Assembly: GCA_003135555.1 (NCBI GenBank)
Contig: PLCF01000078.1
Span: 1 to 22,386, forward strand
Origin: Vulcanimicrobiota bacterium
GTDB lineage: Bacteria; Vulcanimicrobiota; Vulcanimicrobiia; Vulcanimicrobiales; Vulcanimicrobiaceae
Direction of reading: 5' to 3'
Length of the DNA: 22,386 bases
Position numbers and translations under genes: made by a program. Every line of letters starts with the position of its first letter. Position 1 is the first letter of the stretch. Below the pieces are notes generated by a model that was not told where the DNA came from, searched no databases, and was given only the letters and a program-made list of their open reading frames with translations. Shown piece after piece: positions 8,217-15,700 of the stretch.

Positions 8217-9488
8217 TCAAACACCTTGAGGAGAAAGCGTGCGAGTCGACGCCAGCGTCTCGCGCATACGAACGGCGACGATCGCGCCGGAACCCAGCGT
8301 CAATGCAGCGACGACCGCGATGGCGGCGCTTTGTCCGAGCGCGTGCGCGACGATCCCGGAGAGGAGAGCGCCAAAGGCATAGCCGGAATCCCGCCACAGA
8401 CGGTAAACGCCCACGGATGAGGCGCGCACGAGCGGGTCGACGACGTCGCCGATCGCCGCGAGCAGCGTCGGATAGACCATGGCGGTCCCGACGCCGAGCA
8501 GCACCGCCGCCGCGAGCCACAGCGCGAAGTTGACCGGTGCCAGGAAGAGCGCGATCGCGACCGCCTGCGTCCACATGCCGGCCGCGATCATCCACTTGCG
8601 GCCGAGCCGGTCGGAAAGCGCCCCAGTGCCGAGCTGACACACGCCCCACACGACGGGATACGCTGCGGACAGGATCGCGATCCGCTCGATCGCGAGCCCG
8701 GCGGCGGCGAAATGCAGCGGCAGCAAGCCCCACGCCAGACCGTCGTTGAGATTGTTCACGAGCCCCGCCTGGCTGATCGAGGAAAGCGTACGATCGTTCC
8801 ACGAGACCCGCGCGAACAGCGCCGCGAACGACGAGCCGGCCACCGGACGCGGCGAATCCGCGCGCGCCGCCTCGAAGTGCGCGTGCCCCTGGGTCTCGTG
8901 CACGAAAAATACGGACAGCACCAGGGCGCCGAACACCGAGACGATCCCCAGGGCGAACGGCCACGGGCGCAGCCCGTACGCGGCGGCGATCGCGCCCGAA
9001 AGATAGGCGGCGACGCCGACCGCCAGATAACCGGCGAACTCGTTGAGCCCCATCGCGAGGCCGCGCTGTTTGGGTCCGACGAGGTCGATTTTCATCACGA
9101 CCGTCATCGACCAGCACAGGCCCTGGTTGATCCCCAGCAGCACGTTGGCGAGCACGATCCAGCCCCACGCCGGCGCGAACATCAACAAGAACGGAACGGG
9201 GATCGCGAACAACCAGCCTGCCACGAGCAGCGGTTTGCGGCCGGTTCGGTCGGCGGTCCGGCCGGCGTACAGGTTCGCGAGCGCCTTGGTGAAGCCGAAC
9301 GTGACGATGAATGACAGGACGGCCGTCTCCGAGACGAGCCCGAATACGCGTTGGCCGACCAGCGGCAGCACGTCGCGCTCGATGCCGACCATCGACCCGA
9401 CGAACGCGTTGACAGCGACGAGCAGCCAAAACTGCGTCGCGTTCGCGGCGAGACCGAGGCGAAGCGCTGAGGTCGCTTTAGCCGACAC
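8217..9488 (-). CDS. MFS transporter
   Basis: About 12 TM, motif A twice (GRTADRTGRKP, GALSDRLGRK), plus LGINQGLCWSMTV and GVYRLWRDSGY. Probable GTG start at 9488 overlapping the ArsR gene end. Confidence 0.9.
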   Translation of the reverse strand: MSAKATSALRLGLAANATQFWLLVAVNAFVGSMVGIERDVLPLVGQRVFGLVSETAVLSFIVTFGFTKALANLYAGRTADRTGRKPLLVAGWLFAIPVPFLLMFAPAWGWIVLANVLLGINQGLCWSMTVVMKIDLVGPKQRGLAMGLNEFAGYLAVGVAAYLSGAIAAAYGLRPWPFALGIVSVFGALVLSVFFVHETQGHAHFEAARADSPRPVAGSSFAALFARVSWNDRTLSSISQAGLVNNLNDGLAWGLLPLHFAAAGLAIERIAILSAAYPVVWGVCQLGTGALSDRLGRKWMIAAGMWTQAVAIALFLAPVNFALWLAAAVLLGVGTAMVYPTLLAAIGDVVDPLVRASSVGVYRLWRDSGYAFGALLSGIVAHALGQSAAIAVVAALTLGSGAIVAVRMRETLASTRTLSPQGV

Positions 9489-10164
9489 GCTGGACGTCGC
9501 CGCCCGCGGCGACCCACTCCGCCGGACCGAGCGAAAGCCGTGTCGCGTCCAGGCCGCGGCGGCGCAGCAGCGCGACCGCTTCGTCCGCGAAATCGCAGTA
9601 CGGTCCCCGACAGTACACGACGTAGCGCTTCGATCGAGGCAAGGCGACGTTGCCGGCCCGAAGAGCGTCGAGCGGGGCGCTGATGGCGCCGGGGAGATGC
9701 GCGGCGTCGTACTCCGCGCGAGGACGCGCGTCGAGTAACGCCGTCCGCGCGTCCGCGAGGGCGTCCCGTGCTGCCGCAATGGTCGGTATACCGGGCTCCC
9801 GCGCGCCGAAGTACGAGCGCTCTGCGTCTGCAATGGAGCCGTCCACGGCTTCCGCGACGGCGCGCAGCCCGACGAGGAGGCGGTACACGGCCGGCGCCGC
9901 GGCCCGGTAGTGGGCGAATGTTGCGCGGCGCTCGACCTCGACGAGACCGCACCGTGCCAGCACGCGGAGGTGCTGCGAGGCGTTCGCGACCGTAATGCCT
10001 GCCTCGGCCGCGAGGTCTTGGACCGTGCGCGGCCGTTGGGAGACGAGGTCGAGCAACTCCAGCCTATGCCGGTTCGCGAGCGCTCCCGGGACACGCGCGA
10101 CCGCGGCATAGACTCGGTCCTTGAATCGGCGCTTCCCCCGGCGGTCAGTCAGGCGCTCCGGCAT
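9478..10164 (-). CDS. ArsR/SmtB-family transcriptional regulator fused to a rhodanese domain
   Basis: ALANRHRLELLDLV..RTVQDLA..ANASQHLRVL winged HTH. Rhodanese LLDARPRAEY..HLPGAISAP..VVYCRGPYC. ATG 10164 lies 2 nt after the permease stop. Confidence 0.92.
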   Translation of the reverse strand: MPERLTDRRGKRRFKDRVYAAVARVPGALANRHRLELLDLVSQRPRTVQDLAAEAGITVANASQHLRVLARCGLVEVERRATFAHYRAAAPAVYRLLVGLRAVAEAVDGSIADAERSYFGAREPGIPTIAAARDALADARTALLDARPRAEYDAAHLPGAISAPLDALRAGNVALPRSKRYVVYCRGPYCDFADEAVALLRRRGLDATRLSLGPAEWVAAGGDVQRVG

Positions 10165-10188
10165 ATTCAAGAGATTTCTTGAATATGC
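10161..10188. promoter_or_regulatory. Perfect 12-4-12 inverted repeat, probable ArsR operator
   Basis: GCATATTCAAGA-gatt-TCTTGAATATGC. AT-rich in a GC-rich context, overlapping the ArsR start codon and the permease stop. Confidence 0.75.
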
Positions 10189-11309
10189 TCCTCGGTCCCT
10201 CCAGTGCCCCCACCATGCTCCATCGGATGCGTGGCATTGAGCCGCCAAAGATAGAGGGCCAACAAGCCGAAGATGGCGTTGAGCCAGAACGTATAGTTGA
10301 ACGAGAACAGCGTGAGGTCGTGGCGAATGTTCGGGTTCGGTCGCGGCACAAGGTGAAGAGCCGAGAACGCCCCGTCCATTGCGATCGCCGCGAGCACCAT
10401 CGTGGCGAAGAACACGCCGAAGATGTACAGCATCATCCGCCAGCCGTAGTACTTGCGGTAGATGTCCAGCAGCGGCAGCACGATCAGATCGGCGTAGAGA
10501 AATGCCAGCACCCCGCCAAAGGATATTCCGCTGGCCCACAAGATCGCTGCCATCGGCACGTTCCCGATCGAGCAGACGAACGACACGATTGCAATGATCG
10601 GCCCGACGATCGCGTTCCCGACGAGCTGGACACCGGCCGGCGAATGGTTCAGGAAGAGTGCCTTCCATGCGCCGTCGGGGACGAACGCGCCGAGCGCTCC
10701 GGCGATCAGAAACCCGCCGAAGAGGTCCTTCCAGAGCATGGTGAAGTCCATCGCAGCGTTCTGGGCGATCGCGACGCGCGTCTGCGGATTTCGCAGCCGC
10801 ACAACGAGCGTCGCGCCGGCGGTCTCGACCGAGCCGTGTTCGTGCCCACCCGTCTCGTCGAGGTGGCGACGGGCCTGTTCGACGAGCTCCTTTGGATACG
10901 TAAGCCGCACCAGCAGCGCCATGATCGCGACCAACACCAGACCGCCGATCCACTCCGCCACGGTGAACTGCCAGCCCATCAAGAGGTAGAGGATGATGCC
11001 CAACTCGAGCACGAGATTGGTGGACGAGAACAGGAACGCGAGGCTCGGGACGAGGGCGGCACCCTTCTTGAATAACGTCTTGCTCATCGCCGCAGCTGCA
11101 TAGGAGCATGACGAGCTGACGGCGCCGAATCCGGTCGCAAGCGCAATCTCGCGAATGCCGTCGCGGCCGAGCAGCTGTTGCATTCGTTCCTTCGAAACGA
11201 GGGCTTGCACCGCACCCGACAGCGCAAAGCCCAAGACGAGGCTCCAGCCCACTTGCCAGAACATCCCGGCCGCGAGGAGCAGGGCCTCGCCCAGCTTAGG
11301 AACGATCAT
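10167..11309 (-). CDS. Predicted permease (DUF318/ArsP-like)
   Basis: Multi-TM with conserved Cys motifs SSSCSYAA and FVCSIGNVP, plus STNLVLELG, and a His-containing central loop. Confidence 0.85.
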   Translation of the reverse strand: MIVPKLGEALLLAAGMFWQVGWSLVLGFALSGAVQALVSKERMQQLLGRDGIREIALATGFGAVSSSCSYAAAAMSKTLFKKGAALVPSLAFLFSSTNLVLELGIILYLLMGWQFTVAEWIGGLVLVAIMALLVRLTYPKELVEQARRHLDETGGHEHGSVETAGATLVVRLRNPQTRVAIAQNAAMDFTMLWKDLFGGFLIAGALGAFVPDGAWKALFLNHSPAGVQLVGNAIVGPIIAIVSFVCSIGNVPMAAILWASGISFGGVLAFLYADLIVLPLLDIYRKYYGWRMMLYIFGVFFATMVLAAIAMDGAFSALHLVPRPNPNIRHDLTLFSFNYTFWLNAIFGLLALYLWRLNATHPMEHGGGTGGTEEHIQEIS

Positions 11310-11324
11310 GAAAGCCGGGGCCGA

Positions 11325-11639
11325 TTACTGTTTTGCAACGTCCTGGACGAGGCGGGCAAACACGACATGATACGCGGTTTCGCCCGGCTGGCCGAACTTC
11401 CGTCCAACCGCGACCATTGTGTGGCTGTGCACCGCCGGCGAGAACAGGGCATCGAAGAGTCGCTCGACGTCGAAGGTTCCGTCGTGCAGTCCGGCCTGGT
11501 ACAACGCGACAGCGACCGCTTTTGCATCGGTTGAAGATGGAGCGGGAAGCGGCTTTCCACTACGCTTCATCGTTCCCAGGCCGTCGAGGACGACGTACGT
11601 GAAGACGTCGTCGAAGCGATCGACAGTCGTGGTGCCGAC
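11325..11639 (-). pseudogene. Probable 5'-truncated remnant of a hypothetical protein (or an 81-aa ORF from ATG 11570)
   Basis: Protein-like frame VGTTTVDRFDDVFTYVVLDGLGTMKRSGKPLP..ALYQAG..FDVERLFDALF..AYHVVF is open from directly after the RES-2 TGA to TAA 11325. Confidence 0.4.
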
Positions 11640-12218
11640 TCATTCGTCGTGACCCATGAGGCGGCGCTTCACCCATTGCGGCGTGGCGCCGACTTCGACG
11701 GGATACCACTGCGCGAACGGTAGGCGCTCCAGACGTGTAACGTGTCGAACGGCACGGTCGAAGACGACGAGTTCCTCGCCCTCGATGGAGATGTTCGTGC
11801 GGTCGGCCGCGTCGGCCGAGCGGCATGCAATGCCGTTCTCACCGCGCCCGTATGCGTTTTTGCCGATTGCCTGGCAGGGTCTCCACGACACGCCGACCGG
11901 GTACGTGAGCGGCAAACGAAGCGATTGCAGCCCGATATCGGTCGCGGCGTCGACGACCCGAATCGGCGTCACCGCGATGATCTGCAAGTCCGGGCGCTGC
12001 TCGGGGAGCAAGTCAAATAGCGTTGCGATCTCACCCTCATAGACTCGACGTGCATTTCCGGCGGCGACCGAAATCGTCGCGCACAGGTACAGCACGCCGA
12101 ACGAGCCGGCTGGATTCCATCGGCCGCCGTGGCGCTTTGCGAACGACGTGTCGAGTGGGTCCGTCCACGACGGGTCACACACGCGAAAGTGCAGCCCCTC
12201 GCGCTCAACGTGTCTCAT
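11640..12218 (-). CDS. RES-family toxin (second, divergent type)
   Basis: DPLDTSFA..GGRWNPAGSFGVLY, CQAIG..GIACRSA, EELVVFD. Lies downstream of an HTH antitoxin gene. Confidence 0.85.
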   Translation of the reverse strand: MRHVEREGLHFRVCDPSWTDPLDTSFAKRHGGRWNPAGSFGVLYLCATISVAAGNARRVYEGEIATLFDLLPEQRPDLQIIAVTPIRVVDAATDIGLQSLRLPLTYPVGVSWRPCQAIGKNAYGRGENGIACRSADAADRTNISIEGEELVVFDRAVRHVTRLERLPFAQWYPVEVGATPQWVKRRLMGHDE

Positions 12219-12260
12219 TCCCCTAAGCGTACTGAATGGCTGTGACAGCAGCCCGGCACT

Positions 12261-12611
12261 CTAAGGGGGCGCGTACGAGAATAGGCCTTCGAGATACGCG
12301 TACACCCGGTCCACGCCGCCTTCGGCGATGGTGACAAGCACCGTCTTCCCAGCCAGCCCCTTGCCCGGCGTGCGGACGATCTGCGGGATCCGGGCCGCGA
12401 CGAAACGCCGCCCGAAGTACCCCGCGAGTTCGCGCACGCGATCGACGTCGGCGGCGCGATGGACCGGCACGCCGCGCTGTCGCCACTTGGCGATTGCCGG
12501 GCGGCTGACCCCGAACAACGCGGCCAGTTCATCCTCGCTGAGCGCGAAGCGGCCACGGATCTCATCGAGCGCCGCCGCCCCGATGCGGTGAGCCGCCACA
12601 GCTGCCGTCAT
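12261..12611 (-). CDS. HTH antitoxin cognate to RES toxin 2
   Basis: LSEDELAALFGVSRPAIAKWRQRGVP HTH. C-terminal IPQIVRTPGKGLAGKT resembles the MbcA/ParS 'R.P...L.G.t' motif. ATG 12611. Confidence 0.8.
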   Translation of the reverse strand: MTAAVAAHRIGAAALDEIRGRFALSEDELAALFGVSRPAIAKWRQRGVPVHRAADVDRVRELAGYFGRRFVAARIPQIVRTPGKGLAGKTVLVTIAEGGVDRVYAYLEGLFSYAPP

Positions 12612-12617
12612 GACCCC

Positions 12618-12646
12618 ATTGTAACCTTTTCGCAACCCCGGCGCAA
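12618..12646 (-). promoter_or_regulatory. Sigma70-type promoter, probably giving a leaderless antitoxin mRNA
   Basis: TTGCGC (12646-12641), 17 nt spacer, TACAAT (12623-12618), then only 6 nt to ATG 12611. Confidence 0.6.
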
Positions 12647-12664
12647 CCTTTTCGCAACCCTGGC
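12621..12664. repeat. Four 11-bp tandem direct repeats (two 22-bp units)
   Basis: gtaaccttttc / gcaaccccggc / gcaaccttttc / gcaaccctggc. The 16-mer aaccttttcgcaaccc is exact at 12623 and 12645. Confidence 0.85.
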
Positions 12665-12780
12665 TCCGCAAGTCGCCTCAGCCCGAACGACGACCGCGGG
12701 CGTCGCTTGCGGCCTGCCGGCGTTACCGCAGCCGTCGGGTGCGTGCCCAGCCGGTTACCGGCCGCTGGTAGCCTTCGCCC

Positions 12781-14823
12781 ATGAGCCTTTCCGTCGCGGG
12801 CGAGTTACCCCCGGCTGCGCCCACGCCGGCCGAGCGAATTGCGCCCTATCTGTCGATCGCGCGGGGCGTGATCTTCAACCGGATCTACGTGACGGCCATG
12901 TTCACGATCATCGCCGCCATCGGCAGCTGCGGTGTCTTCGCGATCGTGCGCAGCCAAGAGAGCACCGCGCTGGTCGCGCAAAGTTTCGAGAACGCGAACG
13001 ATGCCACCGAGATGCGCACCGCGCTGGATCGAGAAGACGTCGAGTTGCTCTCACAGATGCGCCAGCGCCAGGGCGTGGAGTCGGATCGGCTGGTCCGGGC
13101 GACGGAGATGTTCGACGCTGCAAACCTCGCGGTCCAGCGCGACGGCTGGGCCAGCAGCGAGCCGCTGCTCAAGACGCTGGGGCCGCGTCAGGCCGCGTTC
13201 GTGGACGACAGCCGGGAGATCGCGTACGCGCTCGCCACCGGCGACTACGCGCGAGCCGCGCGCATCGACGTCGAGCGCGTGGGACCCAACATCGGCGCGA
13301 TGCGGCATGCGCTCAATGCAATATCCGGCCGGCTGTTTCGCGCGAGCGTCGTCGGCGCGGCCGAGGACCGCCGGTTCATGGGGGACTTGCAGCGCCTCAT
13401 CGGGTTCGTCACGATGCTCGGCATGCTGCTGATGGCCGGCTTTGCGGTGCTGCTCCGCCGCTATAAACGTTCCGCGGATGCATCGGCGGCCGCGACCTTT
13501 GCCGCGCTCGAACAAGCGGCGCTTACCGACAGCCTCACCGGCCTGGGCAACAATCGGTCGTTCTACGACGACTTCGAGCGCGAGCTCGCGCGTGCCAAGC
13601 GCCACGCTCATTCGCTGGTTCTGGCACTGGTCGACGTCGACGACTTCAAGGCGGTCAATGATAAAGCCGGACACTCTCACGGCGACGCCGTCCTGGCGCG
13701 CCTGGGCGAGCGGTTGCGCACCCTGCGTCAGGAGGATCGCGGCTATCGCATCGGCGGCGATGAATTCGCGCTCATCCTGGTGGAGACCGAACCTGAAGCA
13801 GCGGCCTTGGCCCTGGAACGCCTGCAGGCCGAGCTCCGCGAGTCCGGGCTGGGCGCCACCGTGAGCATCGGCTACGTCAACCTCACCGCCGACCTGCTCG
13901 ACGCCGAGTCCTACGAGCTCGCCGACACCGCGCTCTATGAAGCCAAGCGGCTCGGGCGCAATCAGACCGTCTGCTTCGACGACATCAGTGGTACGGTGAG
14001 CGTGTTCTCTCCCCGCAAAGCCGACGCGGTTCGGACCATGATCGTGCAAGAACTGCTGACCACGGCGTTCCAACCGATCTGGGACATACACAGCACGCGG
14101 CCGCTGGGCTTCGAGGCCCTGGCGCGTCCGTTCCCGGAAGTCGGCTTGTCGGGTCCGCAGGAGGCGTTCGATGTCGCACAACGCATCCGGCAACTTCCCG
14201 AGCTCGACATGCTGTGCACGCGCAAGGCGCTCGAGGGCGCGGCCGCCCTCCCGGCCGGATCGACCATCTTCATGAACTATTCGCCGGCCTCGCTGACGCA
14301 CGCCGGCTTCGACCCGCAGCGCTTCGTCGCCACCGTGCGGGCAGCGGGCCTGTTGCCCGAGCAGATCGTCATCGAGCTCACCGAGCGCCGCATCGACGAT
14401 CCCGCAATCGTCGCCCAACGAGCCACCGCGCTGCGGGAGCTCGGCGTGCGCTTCGCGCTCGACGATACCGGAAGCGGTCATGCCGGGCTGGAGATCTTGA
14501 GCAAGGTGCGCTTCGATTTCGTCAAGATCGACCGCGGGCTCGTCGTCGAAGCGATGCACAACGGCGAAGCACGCGGCGTGCTGGCCGGGATCATCGCGAT
14601 CGCGCGCGAGACCGGGAGCTACTTGATCGCCGAAGGGATCGAGACCGCGGAGATGCTCGATTTCATCCGCAACGCGCACATCCCCAACTCCGTCGCCGTC
14701 CGCGGGATTCAAGGCTACCTGCTGGGCAGACCCGAGATCGGCGGCACCGATATGCTCTCCCTCGAGCGGCATCACGACTTTCTCGTGGCGCGCGAGCTCG
14801 AAAAGGACAACCTCGCGGCCTAG
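12781..14823 (+). CDS. Membrane-anchored diguanylate cyclase/phosphodiesterase (GGDEF-EAL)
   Basis: Two TMs flanking a helical sensor region. TDSLTGLGN, FKAVND..GHSHGD, I-site RQED, GGDEF. EAL domain EALAR, IELTE, LDDTGSG, VKID, AEGIET, QGY. Confidence 0.93.
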   Translation: MSLSVAGELPPAAPTPAERIAPYLSIARGVIFNRIYVTAMFTIIAAIGSCGVFAIVRSQESTALVAQSFENANDATEMRTALDREDVELLSQMRQRQGVESDRLVRATEMFDAANLAVQRDGWASSEPLLKTLGPRQAAFVDDSREIAYALATGDYARAARIDVERVGPNIGAMRHALNAISGRLFRASVVGAAEDRRFMGDLQRLIGFVTMLGMLLMAGFAVLLRRYKRSADASAAATFAALEQAALTDSLTGLGNNRSFYDDFERELARAKRHAHSLVLALVDVDDFKAVNDKAGHSHGDAVLARLGERLRTLRQEDRGYRIGGDEFALILVETEPEAAALALERLQAELRESGLGATVSIGYVNLTADLLDAESYELADTALYEAKRLGRNQTVCFDDISGTVSVFSPRKADAVRTMIVQELLTTAFQPIWDIHSTRPLGFEALARPFPEVGLSGPQEAFDVAQRIRQLPELDMLCTRKALEGAAALPAGSTIFMNYSPASLTHAGFDPQRFVATVRAAGLLPEQIVIELTERRIDDPAIVAQRATALRELGVRFALDDTGSGHAGLEILSKVRFDFVKIDRGLVVEAMHNGEARGVLAGIIAIARETGSYLIAEGIETAEMLDFIRNAHIPNSVAVRGIQGYLLGRPEIGGTDMLSLERHHDFLVARELEKDNLAA

Positions 14824-14952
14824 CCGGCTCGAACGTCCGTTTGTCCCCGCGTGCAGGATTGAAGAGCGATGTCACGCAGGCGGAAAGCAGCTGCGCAGGA
14901 GCACACGCAATGCGTGACCCTGCTACGAGGAAGGACGACGGAGGCGCGTGAC

Positions 14953-15372
14953 GTGAGAAAGACCCGGCGACAATCCACCGGCGATGCACTGATATACTTT
15001 TGTGTCGTCGTTTTGGTTTTGAGCTCGGCCGTCAAGTTTCTGCAGCCGCCGCAAGCCGTCGACTTCATGCGATCGATGGGATACGAGCACGGGACGTATT
15101 TTCTGATCGCCTGCTTGGAGTTGTTGAGTGCGGTCCTTTTGGGGCTGCGGTCTACGCGACCGTTGGGGCTGCTACTGGTCTCATCGTATCTCGGTGGCGC
15201 GATTGCCGCGCACCTGGCGGACCATCCGAACATTGCGGGCGGAGCGGAGGTAGCCTATCTGTTGAGCCATCCTTACGTCGGCCTGCTTTTGCCCGCTGCC
15301 GTTCTGGCCGCGGCCTGGACCGGCGTCTGGCTGCGCTATCCACGGGTCCTCTCGAGCCTGAATGCCGCCTAG
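14953..15372 (+). CDS. DoxX-family membrane protein
   Basis: SSAVKF..M..MGY..IACLEL..RSTRPLGLLLVSSYLGGAIAAHL. GGAGG RBS at 14940-14944 before GTG 14953. Confidence 0.8.
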   Translation: MRKTRRQSTGDALIYFCVVVLVLSSAVKFLQPPQAVDFMRSMGYEHGTYFLIACLELLSAVLLGLRSTRPLGLLLVSSYLGGAIAAHLADHPNIAGGAEVAYLLSHPYVGLLLPAAVLAAAWTGVWLRYPRVLSSLNAA

Positions 15373-15373
15373 G

Positions 15374-15658
15374 TCATTCGGCCGGACGACGGGCGAGGGC
15401 GTCCTCGAGCGCGGCGATGCGTTCTTCGAGCGACGGGCGCGGGGCGCGCGCCAGCGCGTTGCCCTCGACGAGCTCGTCGAGCGAGAGGTCGAGCGCGCGC
15501 GCGATCCCCGCGACGATGAGCACGCCCGGATCGCGGGTCTCGTCGCGCTCGATGCGTGAGATCGCGGCCTGCGCGACGCCGACCCGTTGCGCCAACTGCG
15601 CCTGGGAAAGCGTCGCCGCGACGCGCGCCGCACGGACCCGCTGTCCGATGGTCTCCAC
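15374..15658 (-). CDS. XRE-family HTH transcriptional regulator
   Basis: IGQRVRAAR..LSQAQLAQRVGVAQAAISRIER..IARALDLSLDELV with a C-terminal coiled coil. Probable GTG start at 15658. Confidence 0.88.
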   Translation of the reverse strand: METIGQRVRAARVAATLSQAQLAQRVGVAQAAISRIERDETRDPGVLIVAGIARALDLSLDELVEGNALARAPRPSLEERIAALEDALARRPAE

Positions 15659-15700
15659 ACCGTTCGATACCGCCGAACGGTGCGCCGGCAAGCGGCCCGG

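Noticed and set aside
8155..9429. 424-aa ORF
   Set aside because: Shadow frame of the MFS gene; only its last 19 codons are real, as the N-terminus of the MBL protein.
8217..10109. 630-aa ORF suggesting an N-terminally extended MFS
   Set aside because: The first ~207 codons are an alternative frame over the ArsR-rhodanese gene; MFS-like sequence starts near 9488.
9478..11109. 543-aa ORF suggesting a long ArsR fusion
   Set aside because: The upstream part is an Arg-rich shadow frame of the permease; the real start is ATG 10164.
11640..11642. Second selenocysteine codon at the RES-2 stop
   Set aside because: No Cys-like redox context, the flanking parts look unrelated, and the downstream hairpins are short. 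Kept only as a low-probability alternative.
12621..12664. CRISPR array or replication iterons
   Set aside because: Units are only 11 bp with no unique spacers, and no cas or rep gene is nearby.
13051..14775. Long antisense ORFs here and elsewhere (e.g. 19003-20490, 15587-16903, 1917-2825)
   Set aside because: Expected mirror frames of GC3-rich genes, with no recognisable motifs.
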